Both the position numbers and the translations under genes were made by a program. DNA of 64,000 bases. Origin: a virus. Under the pieces are notes generated by a model. The model made no database searches, was not told the origin of the DNA, and worked only from the letters and a program-made list of their open reading frames with translations. The stretch covers positions 17,725 to 81,724 of IMG/VR virus record IMGVR_UViG_3300038620_000134; one strand, 5' to 3'. The first letter of the stretch is position 1; each line of letters starts with the position of its first letter. Positions 26,939-37,626 of the stretch are shown in pieces.

Positions 26939-27013
26939 GGAATAAGAGTTTTTTTGGTTTGTTTTATTTATTTATTGTTTACAAAAAAAGCTTTGTTATT
27001 TATTATTAGTTTT

Positions 27014-27021
27014 AATAAATA
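27014..27021 (+). promoter_or_regulatory. T4-like late promoter motif AATAAATA (representative site)
   Basis: Recurs shortly upstream of starts at 31671, 32359, 36215, 38303, 40541, 44194, 46041, 51884, 53334, 54924, 59027, 60022 (+) and 26965, 32346, 49752, 51852, 63013 (-); T4 consensus is TATAAATA. Confidence 0.75.
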
Positions 27022-27032
27022 GTAAAAAAAGT

Positions 27033-28118
27033 ATGAATCACTTTCAAATATTATATAATTCAGGTATTTTAACAGAAGATGAAGACCTAGAATTAGAATA
27101 TGTAGATGATGACATAAACGAAGATATAGTTGAAATTGAATTTGATGAAGGTATATATGAACGCGGGCTTGGTTTCAGTATGAGAGATGTTCCCGGTTCG
27201 GAAAATGTAAGTAAAGCTATTAGTAGTGCTGGCGAACAAGTTGTAGGATACTTTAAGAAAGTTTTAAGATACAAAAAAGCAAAAAAACGCCTTAAAAAGT
27301 ATTTAAAAAAGTATAACAAAATAATGAATAATTCTGTTGATGAATATGTTAAAATATACAAAGACTGGTTAGATGAATATAACAAAATTGAAGATGATGA
27401 TAAACTTAGTAAAGAAGATAAAAAACAAAAAGAAGAAGAGTTAAAAGAAGATGTAAAAAAACAAAAAGAAGAAGTAGAAGCAGATGTTGAAGGAAAAATA
27501 GAAGAAGCATCTGCAAAACTTGATGATATAATTGAAAAACTTGAAGGTCACCACAAAAAAGTTATTGAAGCTAGAAAGAAAGCTGGTGAAACAAAAGCTA
27601 ACTTAGAAGCAGAAAGAAAAATAACTAAAGAAAAAATTAAACTTACCGATAACAGTAAACATAAAAAAGAAATCAAAAGTAATTTTAAAGAGGTTGAGAA
27701 AGAAAAGAAAGAAAAAATAGAAAGTTATAAAGAAACTGCTGATAATGCCGAAGAAGAAGCTAAAGAAAAAAGAAAAGAAAAGGAACAGGAAATGGAAGAA
27801 AGGGCTGGGGAGCATAGAAAAGAAATGGAAAAATTACAAAAAGAGTATAAAGAAATATATGATAAGTTAAATAAAGTAGTTAATAAAAAAGGAAGTAAAG
27901 ACAAGGCTGAAGAACTTTTAGATGATCTTTTTGTAAAAGATAAAGAAATTAAAAAAGTTTTTGATAAGTATTTAAAAGCTATGGGCAAAAAACCTAAAGA
28001 AGGAAGTTACTACAACCTTAAAGGCGAAGATAAAAAGGAAATAAGAAATAATGTTAGACAAATGGTGGCTAAACCAGAGGATAAAAATGAATCGATTTTA
28101 ATTCTTGACTTTGACTAA
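27033..28118 (+). CDS. K/E-rich coiled-coil late protein
   Basis: 361 aa, highly charged. Confidence 0.8.
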   Translation: MNHFQILYNSGILTEDEDLELEYVDDDINEDIVEIEFDEGIYERGLGFSMRDVPGSENVSKAISSAGEQVVGYFKKVLRYKKAKKRLKKYLKKYNKIMNNSVDEYVKIYKDWLDEYNKIEDDDKLSKEDKKQKEEELKEDVKKQKEEVEADVEGKIEEASAKLDDIIEKLEGHHKKVIEARKKAGETKANLEAERKITKEKIKLTDNSKHKKEIKSNFKEVEKEKKEKIESYKETADNAEEEAKEKRKEKEQEMEERAGEHRKEMEKLQKEYKEIYDKLNKVVNKKGSKDKAEELLDDLFVKDKEIKKVFDKYLKAMGKKPKEGSYYNLKGEDKKEIRNNVRQMVAKPEDKNESILILDFD

Positions 28119-29689
28119 ATTTTTACTTTATGTATTTCATAAGGGTGTTGTTTTTTGTCGTACACTTTTTTTCTTTCATTCATGTGTTTAAGTGAATAAT
28201 TTACATAGTTGTACTTATAGCCATCTGCAAAAGTGTAAGACGTTTTGAAATTGTCTGCTATATCGTAAAAGTTAATCTCATTTTTGTTTTCATGGGTTCT
28301 TAACCCCCTACCAAGCGTTTGCATGATAGTTATTTGAGATTTGTAGTTTTGAGCAAGAATTATGTTATGTAAATTATGTATGTTAATTCCTGTAGAAACA
28401 CATCCAAAAGATGCTATTAAAATTTTATTTGTTCCTTCTTCCATCTTTTCTACAAATTCCCGTCTTTGCTCTTTATCGGTGTGACCATCAATGTAATAAA
28501 TTTCTTTTCCTTTTGTTTCGCTTTTTAATCTTTGATAAATTCGTTTTCCATACTCCCACTTAACATCATTAAAAAGAACCATTGAATTATTTTCGAATTC
28601 TTTAACAAAATTTACAAGCCAAGTAAGTCTTTTGTTATTTTGTATAATTTTTAACTGTTCTTTTGAATATAGATCTGTGGATTCTATTTTTTTAGAACCT
28701 GCTAAATAAGCCAATTCTTTTCTTTCATCTTTGCTTAAGTAGTTTAGTTCATATATTTGTATATTAACGGGTGATGAATAACCTTTATCTATAAGTTCTT
28801 TAGCAGGAACATCAACGACAATTGGGCCTATTGAACTCTGTAAAGTGAAAAAGTCAGCGGTTCCTTCAATATCTAATGTTTTTATAGTTCCTGAAACACC
28901 ATACTTATAATTAACATTTGTACAACGTTTTTGAAGAATGTTTTTAATTGTTGTGGTTTTTGCTTTATGTGATTCATCACAAACCACCATATCAAAGTCT
29001 TTGAAAAAATCTTTATCTTGATTATTAAGTGTTTGATAAGTAGAAATCAAAATTTCGGAATCATTAGTAAACGTGTCTATACCCGAATACTTTTGAGCTA
29101 CGTTTAAATTACCTTTAGTCCAATCGTGGTAAGTACAGAAATCACCATAACCCTGTGCAACTAGTCCTACAGTAGGAACAATAACAAGCATTTTTCCATT
29201 AAGTTTACCCATTTCTTTAAGATAGGAGTAAAGAACATAAATAATAAAGGTTTTTCCTCCAGATGTTCCAATTTGTGCTTGTCCAAATCTATACTTAGCT
29301 AGTTTATATATAGTATCAATTTGATAATCCCTTTTATCAAAACCTAATCTGTCAGTAAATTTTGATTGAACATAGCTGTCAATATAATCTTTGGTTACGT
29401 CTAAATTAAATGTTTCTTTAAGCCCGTCTATTTTAAGATCTGATTTAACTTGTTTTGAAAAGTTGTACAATTCATACCATAACCCAATTGGTATTCTTTG
29501 TGCTTTTGTAAAGAATTTTATTTCACCGTCAAAACCACGGAAACTCCTACCTTTCTTTTCTGCTACCTTCTTTTTAATCCAAAAATCTTTAACTTTTCTT
29601 GTAAAATAAGTTTCTAAATTTTTAACATCAGTTTCTGTTCCATCTACTAAGCGAAGGTATTTTTCATTTGATTCTACTTCAAATCTCAT
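28115..29689 (-). CDS. uvsW: UvsW-like SF2 DNA helicase
   Basis: RDYQ, TSGGKT, IVPT..LV.Q, DESH, SGT, STGINI.NLHNII, QTLGRGLR, YDIAD. Confidence 0.9.
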   Translation of the reverse strand: MRFEVESNEKYLRLVDGTETDVKNLETYFTRKVKDFWIKKKVAEKKGRSFRGFDGEIKFFTKAQRIPIGLWYELYNFSKQVKSDLKIDGLKETFNLDVTKDYIDSYVQSKFTDRLGFDKRDYQIDTIYKLAKYRFGQAQIGTSGGKTFIIYVLYSYLKEMGKLNGKMLVIVPTVGLVAQGYGDFCTYHDWTKGNLNVAQKYSGIDTFTNDSEILISTYQTLNNQDKDFFKDFDMVVCDESHKAKTTTIKNILQKRCTNVNYKYGVSGTIKTLDIEGTADFFTLQSSIGPIVVDVPAKELIDKGYSSPVNIQIYELNYLSKDERKELAYLAGSKKIESTDLYSKEQLKIIQNNKRLTWLVNFVKEFENNSMVLFNDVKWEYGKRIYQRLKSETKGKEIYYIDGHTDKEQRREFVEKMEEGTNKILIASFGCVSTGINIHNLHNIILAQNYKSQITIMQTLGRGLRTHENKNEINFYDIADNFKTSYTFADGYKYNYVNYSLKHMNERKKVYDKKQHPYEIHKVKI

Positions 29690-29781
29690 TTTTCTAATTT
29701 TATATTACTTATTAAATATACTGACTTTATGTATGTTTATTTATTATTTAAAGTATGGTTATATTATTAACGGTTGTATTT

Positions 29782-30522
29782 TTAGTTTTTTAGCTGATTT
29801 TTAATTTTTTTACGCGTAAATTCTCTTTTAAGATATTGTTTATATTTTTTTATACTTGTTATATCACCGCTATGCTCTCCAGATAGTAATAAAAATCCGA
29901 ACATAGTTATGTTAACACGTTGTGTGTTTTTGTCATAAGAAACGTAAGATGGCCCATCTTTTCTATTTCTATAGCTACGGGGGAACAACCCTATTCTTGT
30001 GCTTTCTTTCATTACTTTTTTTATGTATTGGACGTTTTTAATTTGACCATCACTATAATATGTAAATTTTGAAGGTTTTTCACTTCTTCTCATTTTTTTC
30101 TTTTTTTCATTCGATTGCTGTTCATATACAAAACACTTTATTTTATATTCCATTTCACTTTTAAACCCCCTAATAAACGCTGGTTTGTTTTTTCTATAAT
30201 AAAAATATTTAAAAAATGGGTCATCAAAACTTATTTTATCAAGTGAGCACCTGCGATTATCACTTATATTATAACGTACAACATGTTCGGCTGGAAAATC
30301 ACCAAGTGGTTTATTTTTTATTGTGTCATTTTTAAGGTTGTAAACATGAGAAAAAGAACCCACTGAACTTATTTTATTCATTACATCTTCTATAGCAAAA
30401 TTTGTGTTTGTATCCACTAAAAAAGTAGAATGAACCATGAGCATTTCTGACGCTGTTCTTTTTATTAGTTTTCTATAATATACACTTGTGTTTAAGTATT
30501 TTTTTATTAGTTCAATTTTCAT
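29782..30522 (-). CDS. Hypothetical protein with RKDGP motif
   Basis: May be a distant relative of the DGP cluster at 1-1902. Confidence 0.7.
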   Translation of the reverse strand: MKIELIKKYLNTSVYYRKLIKRTASEMLMVHSTFLVDTNTNFAIEDVMNKISSVGSFSHVYNLKNDTIKNKPLGDFPAEHVVRYNISDNRRCSLDKISFDDPFFKYFYYRKNKPAFIRGFKSEMEYKIKCFVYEQQSNEKKKKMRRSEKPSKFTYYSDGQIKNVQYIKKVMKESTRIGLFPRSYRNRKDGPSYVSYDKNTQRVNITMFGFLLLSGEHSGDITSIKKYKQYLKREFTRKKIKNQLKN

Positions 30523-30651
30523 TTTTTTATTTAGTTTATGTTTATACAGTTAGTTGGTTTGCTGCCGGTATTGGCCTATAATATAACAAACTATCCATTT
30601 AAAAAGTGGATAGTTCTAAAGGTTGGAAAAATAAAAAGTAATACGATGTAA

Positions 30652-31038
30652 TTACTTTAAATCTTTGTTTTGGTCGTATATCATAGTTTGTACATAGTCA
30701 ATATCTTTATGGCCATATTTTGTTATTTGACCTGGATATATTAAACGGATATGATTTCCATTGTTTACTCCTTCTGCGTGTAAAAGCAAATCAGTTAATG
30801 CCACATTACGTTCATGGTAAGAGCCATTAACTATAATGTGAACCTGCTTTCTATTGTAAGTTGTGTATAAATTGCTAACTTCATCATAGTGTTTAGACCT
30901 TACTGGATTAAAGTTTTTCACACTATCATAAACATAACCGTCAACATCCCTATCTGAAAATGCATATTCTGATACATTTTCAGGATTTATTAAAAGGTAT
31001 GTTCCCTCTGGACTTGTTGATTCTATGTGTTCGCTCAT
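30652..31038 (-). CDS. Hypothetical protein
   Basis: 128-aa ORF. Confidence 0.75.
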   Translation of the reverse strand: MSEHIESTSPEGTYLLINPENVSEYAFSDRDVDGYVYDSVKNFNPVRSKHYDEVSNLYTTYNRKQVHIIVNGSYHERNVALTDLLLHAEGVNNGNHIRLIYPGQITKYGHKDIDYVQTMIYDQNKDLK

Positions 31039-31061
31039 ATTAAGAGATAGTTAATAGTTAA

Positions 31062-31565
31062 TTACCAATCAATTTCTACTTCATGTGCAGTATCGTCAAC
31101 CTCATTGTATCTTGGAAGATATTGCGGAACCCACTGTTTGTTATTAGAATCATAGTGCATAATCTTAACACGAAAAGGCATACATGTTTCTAATATTTCA
31201 AACAGAAATTCTGTTAAGTTTTCTGTTCCACCATTCATATATATAACAATAAGCCCGCCGTCAATAACATGATTGAGGGCTTTTGCGTTCGATTCTGTCT
31301 CTTCCCCTTTAAATTCGGATGGTGGATATTCATCACTTCGGTCATATATAAAGTAATCAGTAAACATTCTACCGTTTTGGTATTGATTTACTCTTCTTAC
31401 TTTAGTTGTTCCATCTTCAAATTCTTCGGTTTCTCGTCGAAAACCCTTTTGGATTTCATCATGTGGTATCGGAAAGTGTCTTGGATTTACATGGTCTGAA
31501 TTTTCAAAGTCTTCTTTGCGATAAGTGCAATAGTCACCCTCGCCCTGCAACTGAAATTTTTTCAT
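31062..31565 (-). CDS. Hypothetical early protein
   Basis: TTGACA-N17-TAATTT on the minus strand at 31609-31637. Confidence 0.75.
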   Translation of the reverse strand: MKKFQLQGEGDYCTYRKEDFENSDHVNPRHFPIPHDEIQKGFRRETEEFEDGTTKVRRVNQYQNGRMFTDYFIYDRSDEYPPSEFKGEETESNAKALNHVIDGGLIVIYMNGGTENLTEFLFEILETCMPFRVKIMHYDSNNKQWVPQYLPRYNEVDDTAHEVEIDW

Positions 31566-31686
31566 AAGCCAAAGTTTCGGTTAAGTGATACAAAATTAAA
31601 GTTTTGCTAAATTAATACTTTTTTTTGTCTTTGTCAAGTGTTATTGCAGTTGTGTTAAAAATTCCAATGCAATAAATAAAACAAAA

Positions 31687-31884
31687 ATGCTTAAAATCAG
31701 CTTAACACCAATAATTATACTTTTTGGTTTGCTGCTGTTTGCTTTTTTAGGCATCACTTTTATTAACTATTTTTCAAAAAAGAGTTGGTGGAATGAACTA
31801 TATTCACTTATTTTTCTTTTAACTTATGCTATAATTCTTTTTATTTTGTTAGTAAACGGATTTTACTGGATGCATCATATCTAA
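31687..31884 (+). CDS. Small two-TM membrane protein
   Basis: Hydrophobic, late motif upstream. Confidence 0.65.
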   Translation: MLKISLTPIIILFGLLLFAFLGITFINYFSKKSWWNELYSLIFLLTYAIILFILLVNGFYWMHHI

Positions 31885-31888
31885 TACA

Positions 31889-32335
31889 TTACTTTAACTC
31901 AACGGATTCAATCATAGTTTCAAGACTTTTAATATCGTTTGGATACTTCATTATAGCTTTGTGCATTTCTAAATTAAATTCAGTATCATCATAAAGTTTA
32001 ATAAATTCTCTTATTACGTTAGCTTTTTGAATTTCATTTTTATTCCATGATGTATTTAACTTATCATGTATAGCTTCAAGTTTTCGTGATTTAAAAACCA
32101 ATCTTTTTAGGTCTTCTAATTCTTTATCGGATACTTTACTTGATTCTGTTTTTCTTTTAAAATCTTTAAGGTGTTGATTGTATTTTTTATCTAAATATAA
32201 ATCAACATCTTGTAACAAACTTTTCCAATTTTCTTCAGCTTTATTTGGATTTTTTGGAATGTTCCACATTCTTTTTTTAATGTCATAAACTTTGTTATCA
32301 CTTCCTCCAATATATTCACTAAAAGTTCGTATCAC
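31889..32335 (-). CDS. Putative internal head protein
   Basis: N-terminus IRTFSEYI, late promoter upstream. Confidence 0.65.
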   Translation of the reverse strand: MIRTFSEYIGGSDNKVYDIKKRMWNIPKNPNKAEENWKSLLQDVDLYLDKKYNQHLKDFKRKTESSKVSDKELEDLKRLVFKSRKLEAIHDKLNTSWNKNEIQKANVIREFIKLYDDTEFNLEMHKAIMKYPNDIKSLETMIESVELK

Positions 32336-32382
32336 TTTTTTTTGTTATTTATTAAAATAATAAATAGTAAAAAAGCAAAACT

Positions 32383-32583
32383 ATGAATTTTATAAAAAGA
32401 ACACTTTTTGGATACAATAAAATTATATGGTTTTTTTGGGTATTGTTTAACGGATTAGGAATATACCACTTTATTAATAATGAGCCAGTTATTGGCTGGA
32501 CGTTAGTTGGTGTTATTAACACAATTTTTATAGTATTTTTGTTAATAGAACATAGAAGATGGAAGAAAAATCAAAATAACTAA
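32383..32583 (+). CDS. Small two-TM membrane protein
   Basis: Hydrophobic with basic C-terminus. Confidence 0.65.
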   Translation: MNFIKRTLFGYNKIIWFFWVLFNGLGIYHFINNEPVIGWTLVGVINTIFIVFLLIEHRRWKKNQNN

Positions 32584-32587
32584 TAAT

Positions 32588-33175
32588 TTGAAAATTAAAA
32601 GTTCATGGGATTACATTAATGAGGGTCTAAAAAAGGGAAATGTTTATATAGATATTACCCGCCGCAATCCTGTATCATTTGACAGGACACCTACAATTAT
32701 TGTTCGAATGACAGTGGGCAGCAAGTATTTAAATTATTTGTTCACTTTAAGAGAAGAAGTACCCGGAAAGTTTAATCTCGAAATAGGTATGGATTTCGAT
32801 GTTTATAAACGGAAAATCGGTGGTAAAGCCAGAAGTCTTATTGCTTATAGGCCAAATCGAACCTCTGTTGATCACATACATGAAGCATGGGGATATGCAA
32901 AAGAATGGCTAAAAGATCCGAATAATTGGGATATGTATTTTGGAAAGCGTGGAATAGATATTCCAACAAAACGAGTAAAAATTTATAAAGTAATTGTACA
33001 TCTTACTAAAGAAATGAATGATAATAAAAGAGCTTGGCTTTGGTATTATCGTTTTCTAAGAGAATTTATAGATGGCAATGGCACAGTATCAAAACATTTT
33101 TTAAGAAAACGTCTTAGTAGAGATATAGAAGCATTTTTTAATAATCCACTAACCGTAAAAAAGAATAAGAAATGA
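32588..33175 (+). CDS. Hypothetical basic late protein
   Basis: KIKSSWDYINE N-terminus, TTG start. Confidence 0.7.
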   Translation: MKIKSSWDYINEGLKKGNVYIDITRRNPVSFDRTPTIIVRMTVGSKYLNYLFTLREEVPGKFNLEIGMDFDVYKRKIGGKARSLIAYRPNRTSVDHIHEAWGYAKEWLKDPNNWDMYFGKRGIDIPTKRVKIYKVIVHLTKEMNDNKRAWLWYYRFLREFIDGNGTVSKHFLRKRLSRDIEAFFNNPLTVKKNKK

Positions 33176-33963
33176 GAACAACAGGTATAACACCATCAGA
33201 AAAAGAAGACTTTGCATCTGAAAACAGAAAAACCGATACTTATGTGGGTGAAATTGTAGATGCATCCGACCCCGAACAAAAATATAGGGCGAGAGTTAGG
33301 GTTCATGGTTTATTTGATGACTTAGATTCAGATGCTATTCCGTGGGCAATTCCGGGTAATGCAACAAATTTTTCGGGTGGTGGTGCTGGAAACGTTAGTT
33401 ATCCAAAAGAGGGTAGCAGAGTTATGGTAAGATTTTTTAACGGGGATATTTACCATCCAATTTACTATTTTAATATGCACTTAGATGATAATATGGCTAA
33501 TGAAATTGCAAATCCCTATGAAAATTCACATTCGATACTTTATGATAGTGATGAAGAACTTAAAATATATTACAACAATAATCAAGGACTATATTTTGAA
33601 TTAAAAGGTGCAACTGCTGTTATTAATAATGATGGTAATATAACTTTGAATCATTCAGATTCTCAATCTACCATAGAACTTGTTGGTGGTGATATAAGAA
33701 TTACCAGTAATGCAACAGTTGATGTATCAACACAAAGACAAGCCACTATAACAGCGCAAACTGTTCATGTAAATGGAACACAAACAGATATAGGTGCAAG
33801 TCCAATATTTTCAGCAGTCAATGGAGAAACCCTTATGGGAACACTTAAAGCAATTGCGAGTGCAGTTGATGCTAAGTTTCCGCCTACGCCGGGAGTAACT
33901 GCAAGCTCTGTAAATGCGGCTGAACAAACAATTCTTTCACAAACTGTTTCTACATCTCCTTAA
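33172..33963 (+). CDS. Baseplate hub/spike protein (gp5/VgrG-like OB fold plus beta-helix)
   Basis: G.IVD..DP....R.RVRV.G...IPWA.P, P..GSRV.V.F.NGD...P.Y. Confidence 0.88.
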   Translation: MRTTGITPSEKEDFASENRKTDTYVGEIVDASDPEQKYRARVRVHGLFDDLDSDAIPWAIPGNATNFSGGGAGNVSYPKEGSRVMVRFFNGDIYHPIYYFNMHLDDNMANEIANPYENSHSILYDSDEELKIYYNNNQGLYFELKGATAVINNDGNITLNHSDSQSTIELVGGDIRITSNATVDVSTQRQATITAQTVHVNGTQTDIGASPIFSAVNGETLMGTLKAIASAVDAKFPPTPGVTASSVNAAEQTILSQTVSTSP

Positions 33964-33977
33964 AAAATATAAAAAAA

Positions 33978-36197
33978 ATGGCTATAAAGTTTATACAAGG
34001 AACACCATATTGTGAATCAGATTCTAATCCAAGTGGAGAAGAACTTAGAAATATTTTTAATAATAATCTTCCAACCTTTGATTTTAATGCTAATGTACCC
34101 ATATCACCACAAAAAGCAGCATCTGAATTAGTAAAACAAAACCCCGATCATTTTGAAAATAATGAAACAGATGTTTCTAAATTAGATACAAATAAAAAAA
34201 TAGAAGATTATAAAAATAAAAATAATTTAAAACTTAATGTTAAACCAGATCTTGGTGAAAGTTTTGATGCTGCAACCAGAAAAGATGAACTTGTTGAAGA
34301 ATACTTTAATCAAGTTGCGAATCAACAACCAGATGAAGATGAACCTTTTAGACCGAGTAAACAAGAGGTTCTTAACGCGTGTAAAAAAAGAGACAGTTCA
34401 GATTCAGAATCGAATGAAAGTGAAGCAAACCAAGAAAATTCAAATAATGACTTTTCCCCAACAATAAATGAAATTCTTGAAACCTGCAAACAATTACCAA
34501 GTGAAGTTCCAGTTGAGTATCCACAACCAAACCTTCCAGTACCAACAGATTTTTCACAAAGAGAACAAGATCAAATTAATGATCTTATGAACAAAATGAA
34601 TTTACCTAATGAAGAAGATGAAAAACAGGCAGAAAAATGCAAAAACGAAATTGAAAAAATATCAAAAGATATTCGCCAGAAAGTAGACCAATACCAAAAA
34701 GACTTGGAAAGATTTCCAAATCTTGAACACGAATATTTTGTAAAGGAACTTAATTATCAAATACTTAAAGGAAAAGCAGATGTTATTCAAAATTATCTTG
34801 ATAGTCAAAGTGGAAACAATAAATCTTTTAATATAAGTTATGTCCCCTATATTAATGATCCAAATAATATTGAAGCCGATGAAGCAAATGATCCATCGGA
34901 ATCAGTTGATTTTGACCGTTTAGTGAGTCAAGAAAACCAGTATTTACAAAACGAAGTAGATAAATTTGCGGGTAGGTTTATAGAGTTTGGTCTTAGACCC
35001 GAAAGTACAGATTTTCGCAAATTCAAACTTTTTGAAAAACGTACAATCGGAGGAAACATTGCTGAATTCTATGATAACATAGATGCAGGAACCGAAGAAG
35101 AACGCAAAGAAAAAGATTACAATGAAAAACGTAAAAAACGCGAAAACGAAAGAAAACAAAAATTAATATATGATCCTTTTGAAAAATTAAAAACACAAGC
35201 TAATAATTATGGTGCGCTTTTTGGAATTCGATTTATTGTATTTTCACAGGTTTTTGGTAGTTCTGGACTAAGTGATGCAATTACTGAATTTAATGAATTT
35301 GAACAATCATATACCTCCAAAAAACAGGAATATGAAAAACTAAAAAAGAAAATAGAAAATTTTGAACAAACTATAAAAAATGATGTTAATCTTCAAATAG
35401 AACAGGTAAAGTGTAGACAGAACCAAAAAAACAAAACAGGCGATGAAGAACCATCTGAAGATGAACTAAATAAAAGTTTTGATCTCGAAGATGCTTCTTT
35501 TCCATCTCCCGAAGATTCACCACCGACGGAACTTAAATACTGGCAAAAATTTGCACTAAGCGCAACAGTAGGGTCTTTAATTGTTCCACTTACATGGACA
35601 ACTGGTGTTCTTATACCATCACCTTCGGGGGTGATTAAAGTTCCCGTGCCTGTAATATGGACTGCTTTATTTGTTCAACCTACACCTAATAGACTACTAG
35701 TGTTTTTTCTGGGTATAAATGGTATAATACCATGTCCATTTCTTTTTGAAATTAGTTTTAGTGGTGGAAGTGCACCTATTTTTCGAGTAGGTCTTAGGGG
35801 AAACAACCAAAGTATAAAATCAAAAGCACCTATAGGTGCGGGGGGTGAAGTTCAAACTATTCCGGCTCAATTTCCACCATTTGTTGCATATACTCCTCCA
35901 GTGTTATGTACTGGATTTTCTTTTACAAAACTTCAAAATATAGATTTAAGGCCGGTGGTTTTTGCATTAGCATCCAGTCCATTTTTAACACCAGCAAAAC
36001 TTGCAAAGTTTGCTACTAATAAGGCGGCAATAAAAACAAATATTTTTGCAAGAGATGATTTACCATCTTATAAACGTTTACCAGGTTCCAACCCGCTAAA
36101 AAATCCAGTTTTTTACTTTTTTGTAGCTGGTTTTAATGAAGCATCTAAGGAATTGAGTGGTGTTGAAAAACCACCCAGTCCTGCACCCTATCAATAA
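33978..36197 (+). CDS. Hypothetical structural protein downstream of the gp5-like gene
   Basis: 739 aa, coiled coil plus Pro-rich hydrophobic C-terminus. Confidence 0.75.
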   Translation: MAIKFIQGTPYCESDSNPSGEELRNIFNNNLPTFDFNANVPISPQKAASELVKQNPDHFENNETDVSKLDTNKKIEDYKNKNNLKLNVKPDLGESFDAATRKDELVEEYFNQVANQQPDEDEPFRPSKQEVLNACKKRDSSDSESNESEANQENSNNDFSPTINEILETCKQLPSEVPVEYPQPNLPVPTDFSQREQDQINDLMNKMNLPNEEDEKQAEKCKNEIEKISKDIRQKVDQYQKDLERFPNLEHEYFVKELNYQILKGKADVIQNYLDSQSGNNKSFNISYVPYINDPNNIEADEANDPSESVDFDRLVSQENQYLQNEVDKFAGRFIEFGLRPESTDFRKFKLFEKRTIGGNIAEFYDNIDAGTEEERKEKDYNEKRKKRENERKQKLIYDPFEKLKTQANNYGALFGIRFIVFSQVFGSSGLSDAITEFNEFEQSYTSKKQEYEKLKKKIENFEQTIKNDVNLQIEQVKCRQNQKNKTGDEEPSEDELNKSFDLEDASFPSPEDSPPTELKYWQKFALSATVGSLIVPLTWTTGVLIPSPSGVIKVPVPVIWTALFVQPTPNRLLVFFLGINGIIPCPFLFEISFSGGSAPIFRVGLRGNNQSIKSKAPIGAGGEVQTIPAQFPPFVAYTPPVLCTGFSFTKLQNIDLRPVVFALASSPFLTPAKLAKFATNKAAIKTNIFARDDLPSYKRLPGSNPLKNPVFYFFVAGFNEASKELSGVEKPPSPAPYQ

Positions 36198-36238
36198 CCA
36201 TTAAATTTGTTAATAATAAATACAAAAAATAATAAAAG

Positions 36239-37621
36239 TTGCAAATTGATTTATTAAATTCTAACCATATTTTTCTTATTCAAAATAGTTACATAGGTTT
36301 TGAATTTGAATTTTTTAGTGATAAAGGCAGAAATGATGTTGCAAGTGAATTATCAAAAACTTTGAAAAAGAAAGTAGTTGTTGCGAATAAATATCATTCA
36401 GATGTTGATATATCCTATAAGCAGTTTAAGATTGAACCAGATTTTTCTGGGGGAAAGAGAATGTTTGAACTGGTAACTTATCCTCTTAATTATTTTGAAG
36501 CAAAAACAATTTTAATTAATACATTAAGCTATATTAAAAAAAATGGATATACTACAGAAAGGTGTGCTCTTCATGTTAACATATCGTTTAATCATTCAAA
36601 ATTTGAAAATAGGGTAGAACTTAAAAACATAAATCCATTAAATTTAATACTTGACATTGATGAAGACTATATATATAATAAGTTTCCAACACGCAAAAAT
36701 TCTGTTTATGCAAGAAGCGTTAAGTGGGTTAGCCCCGTTCAAAAGTTTAATTTTCATAAATCACCATTAGTATTAAAAAACCATAGTAATGTATCATATC
36801 CAAAATCTAAATATTATGGAATAAACTTTTCTAAATTAAAAGACAATTATTTAGAGTTTCGTTACTTGGGAGGTAAAAATTATGAAAATAAAATTAAACA
36901 AGTATTAGAATTAACAGAATACTTTATTTTACTCACAGGAAAAGAACTACTCAATAATAATTCAATAGTTATAAAAGGTGAAAATGATAGAAAAGAAGAA
37001 TTAGAAAAAATCGTTAACCGCCATCAAAAAATTGTTAATTCAATAAGAACTTTTGATTACTTTTTAGAAAACTATAATAACAGAATTAAACTTAGTGTTG
37101 ACTTAAAGTTCAACCCCAAACTTATTGAAACATACTATTATAAACTAAGAGAAAAAATTTATGAAATTCTAATATTTTCAAATTTAAAACAGGGGTGGAT
37201 TAATTATGATTCTGATAAAGGTAAAGTTCAGCTTAAAAGTGCTCATGCCGTAAACATTTATTTAATGAAAGACTGGCAAATAGTCGATTGTAAATTTGAT
37301 AACGCAATTTTTGAATCATGTGAAATGTATAGTACGAATGTTGATAATTCTAAAATTCAAGATTCTTTGGTACAAAACTCTAACACCATTGAAAATTCTA
37401 AAATTATTAATTCAATGGTAGCACAAGGAACAAAGTGTAAAGATTGTTATATAGATATAAAGAAAAATACATTTAATGGAAAAACCGAAGGTGGAATTAT
37501 TAGATCAGCCAAAATTGGAAGTCTTGCTAAAATAGATGATAAAACAGAAATAATAAGTTCACAAAGTGAAGATAAGGACAAAATAGAAAACACATATAAC
37601 AAACTATTTCCAAAATTATAA
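36239..37621 (+). CDS. Putative amidoligase (COOH-NH2 ligase type) with C-terminal beta-helix
   Basis: GFEFEF, EPDFSG, ELVT, CALHVNIS, KYYGINF, LEFRYLGG. Confidence 0.8.
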   Translation: MQIDLLNSNHIFLIQNSYIGFEFEFFSDKGRNDVASELSKTLKKKVVVANKYHSDVDISYKQFKIEPDFSGGKRMFELVTYPLNYFEAKTILINTLSYIKKNGYTTERCALHVNISFNHSKFENRVELKNINPLNLILDIDEDYIYNKFPTRKNSVYARSVKWVSPVQKFNFHKSPLVLKNHSNVSYPKSKYYGINFSKLKDNYLEFRYLGGKNYENKIKQVLELTEYFILLTGKELLNNNSIVIKGENDRKEELEKIVNRHQKIVNSIRTFDYFLENYNNRIKLSVDLKFNPKLIETYYYKLREKIYEILIFSNLKQGWINYDSDKGKVQLKSAHAVNIYLMKDWQIVDCKFDNAIFESCEMYSTNVDNSKIQDSLVQNSNTIENSKIINSMVAQGTKCKDCYIDIKKNTFNGKTEGGIIRSAKIGSLAKIDDKTEIISSQSEDKDKIENTYNKLFPKL

Positions 37622-37626
37622 ACTTT

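Noticed and set aside
23802-27988. Short opposite-strand ORFs within large genes (also in the sheath, tape measure and tail fiber)
   Set aside because: Shadow ORFs of biased-composition genes.
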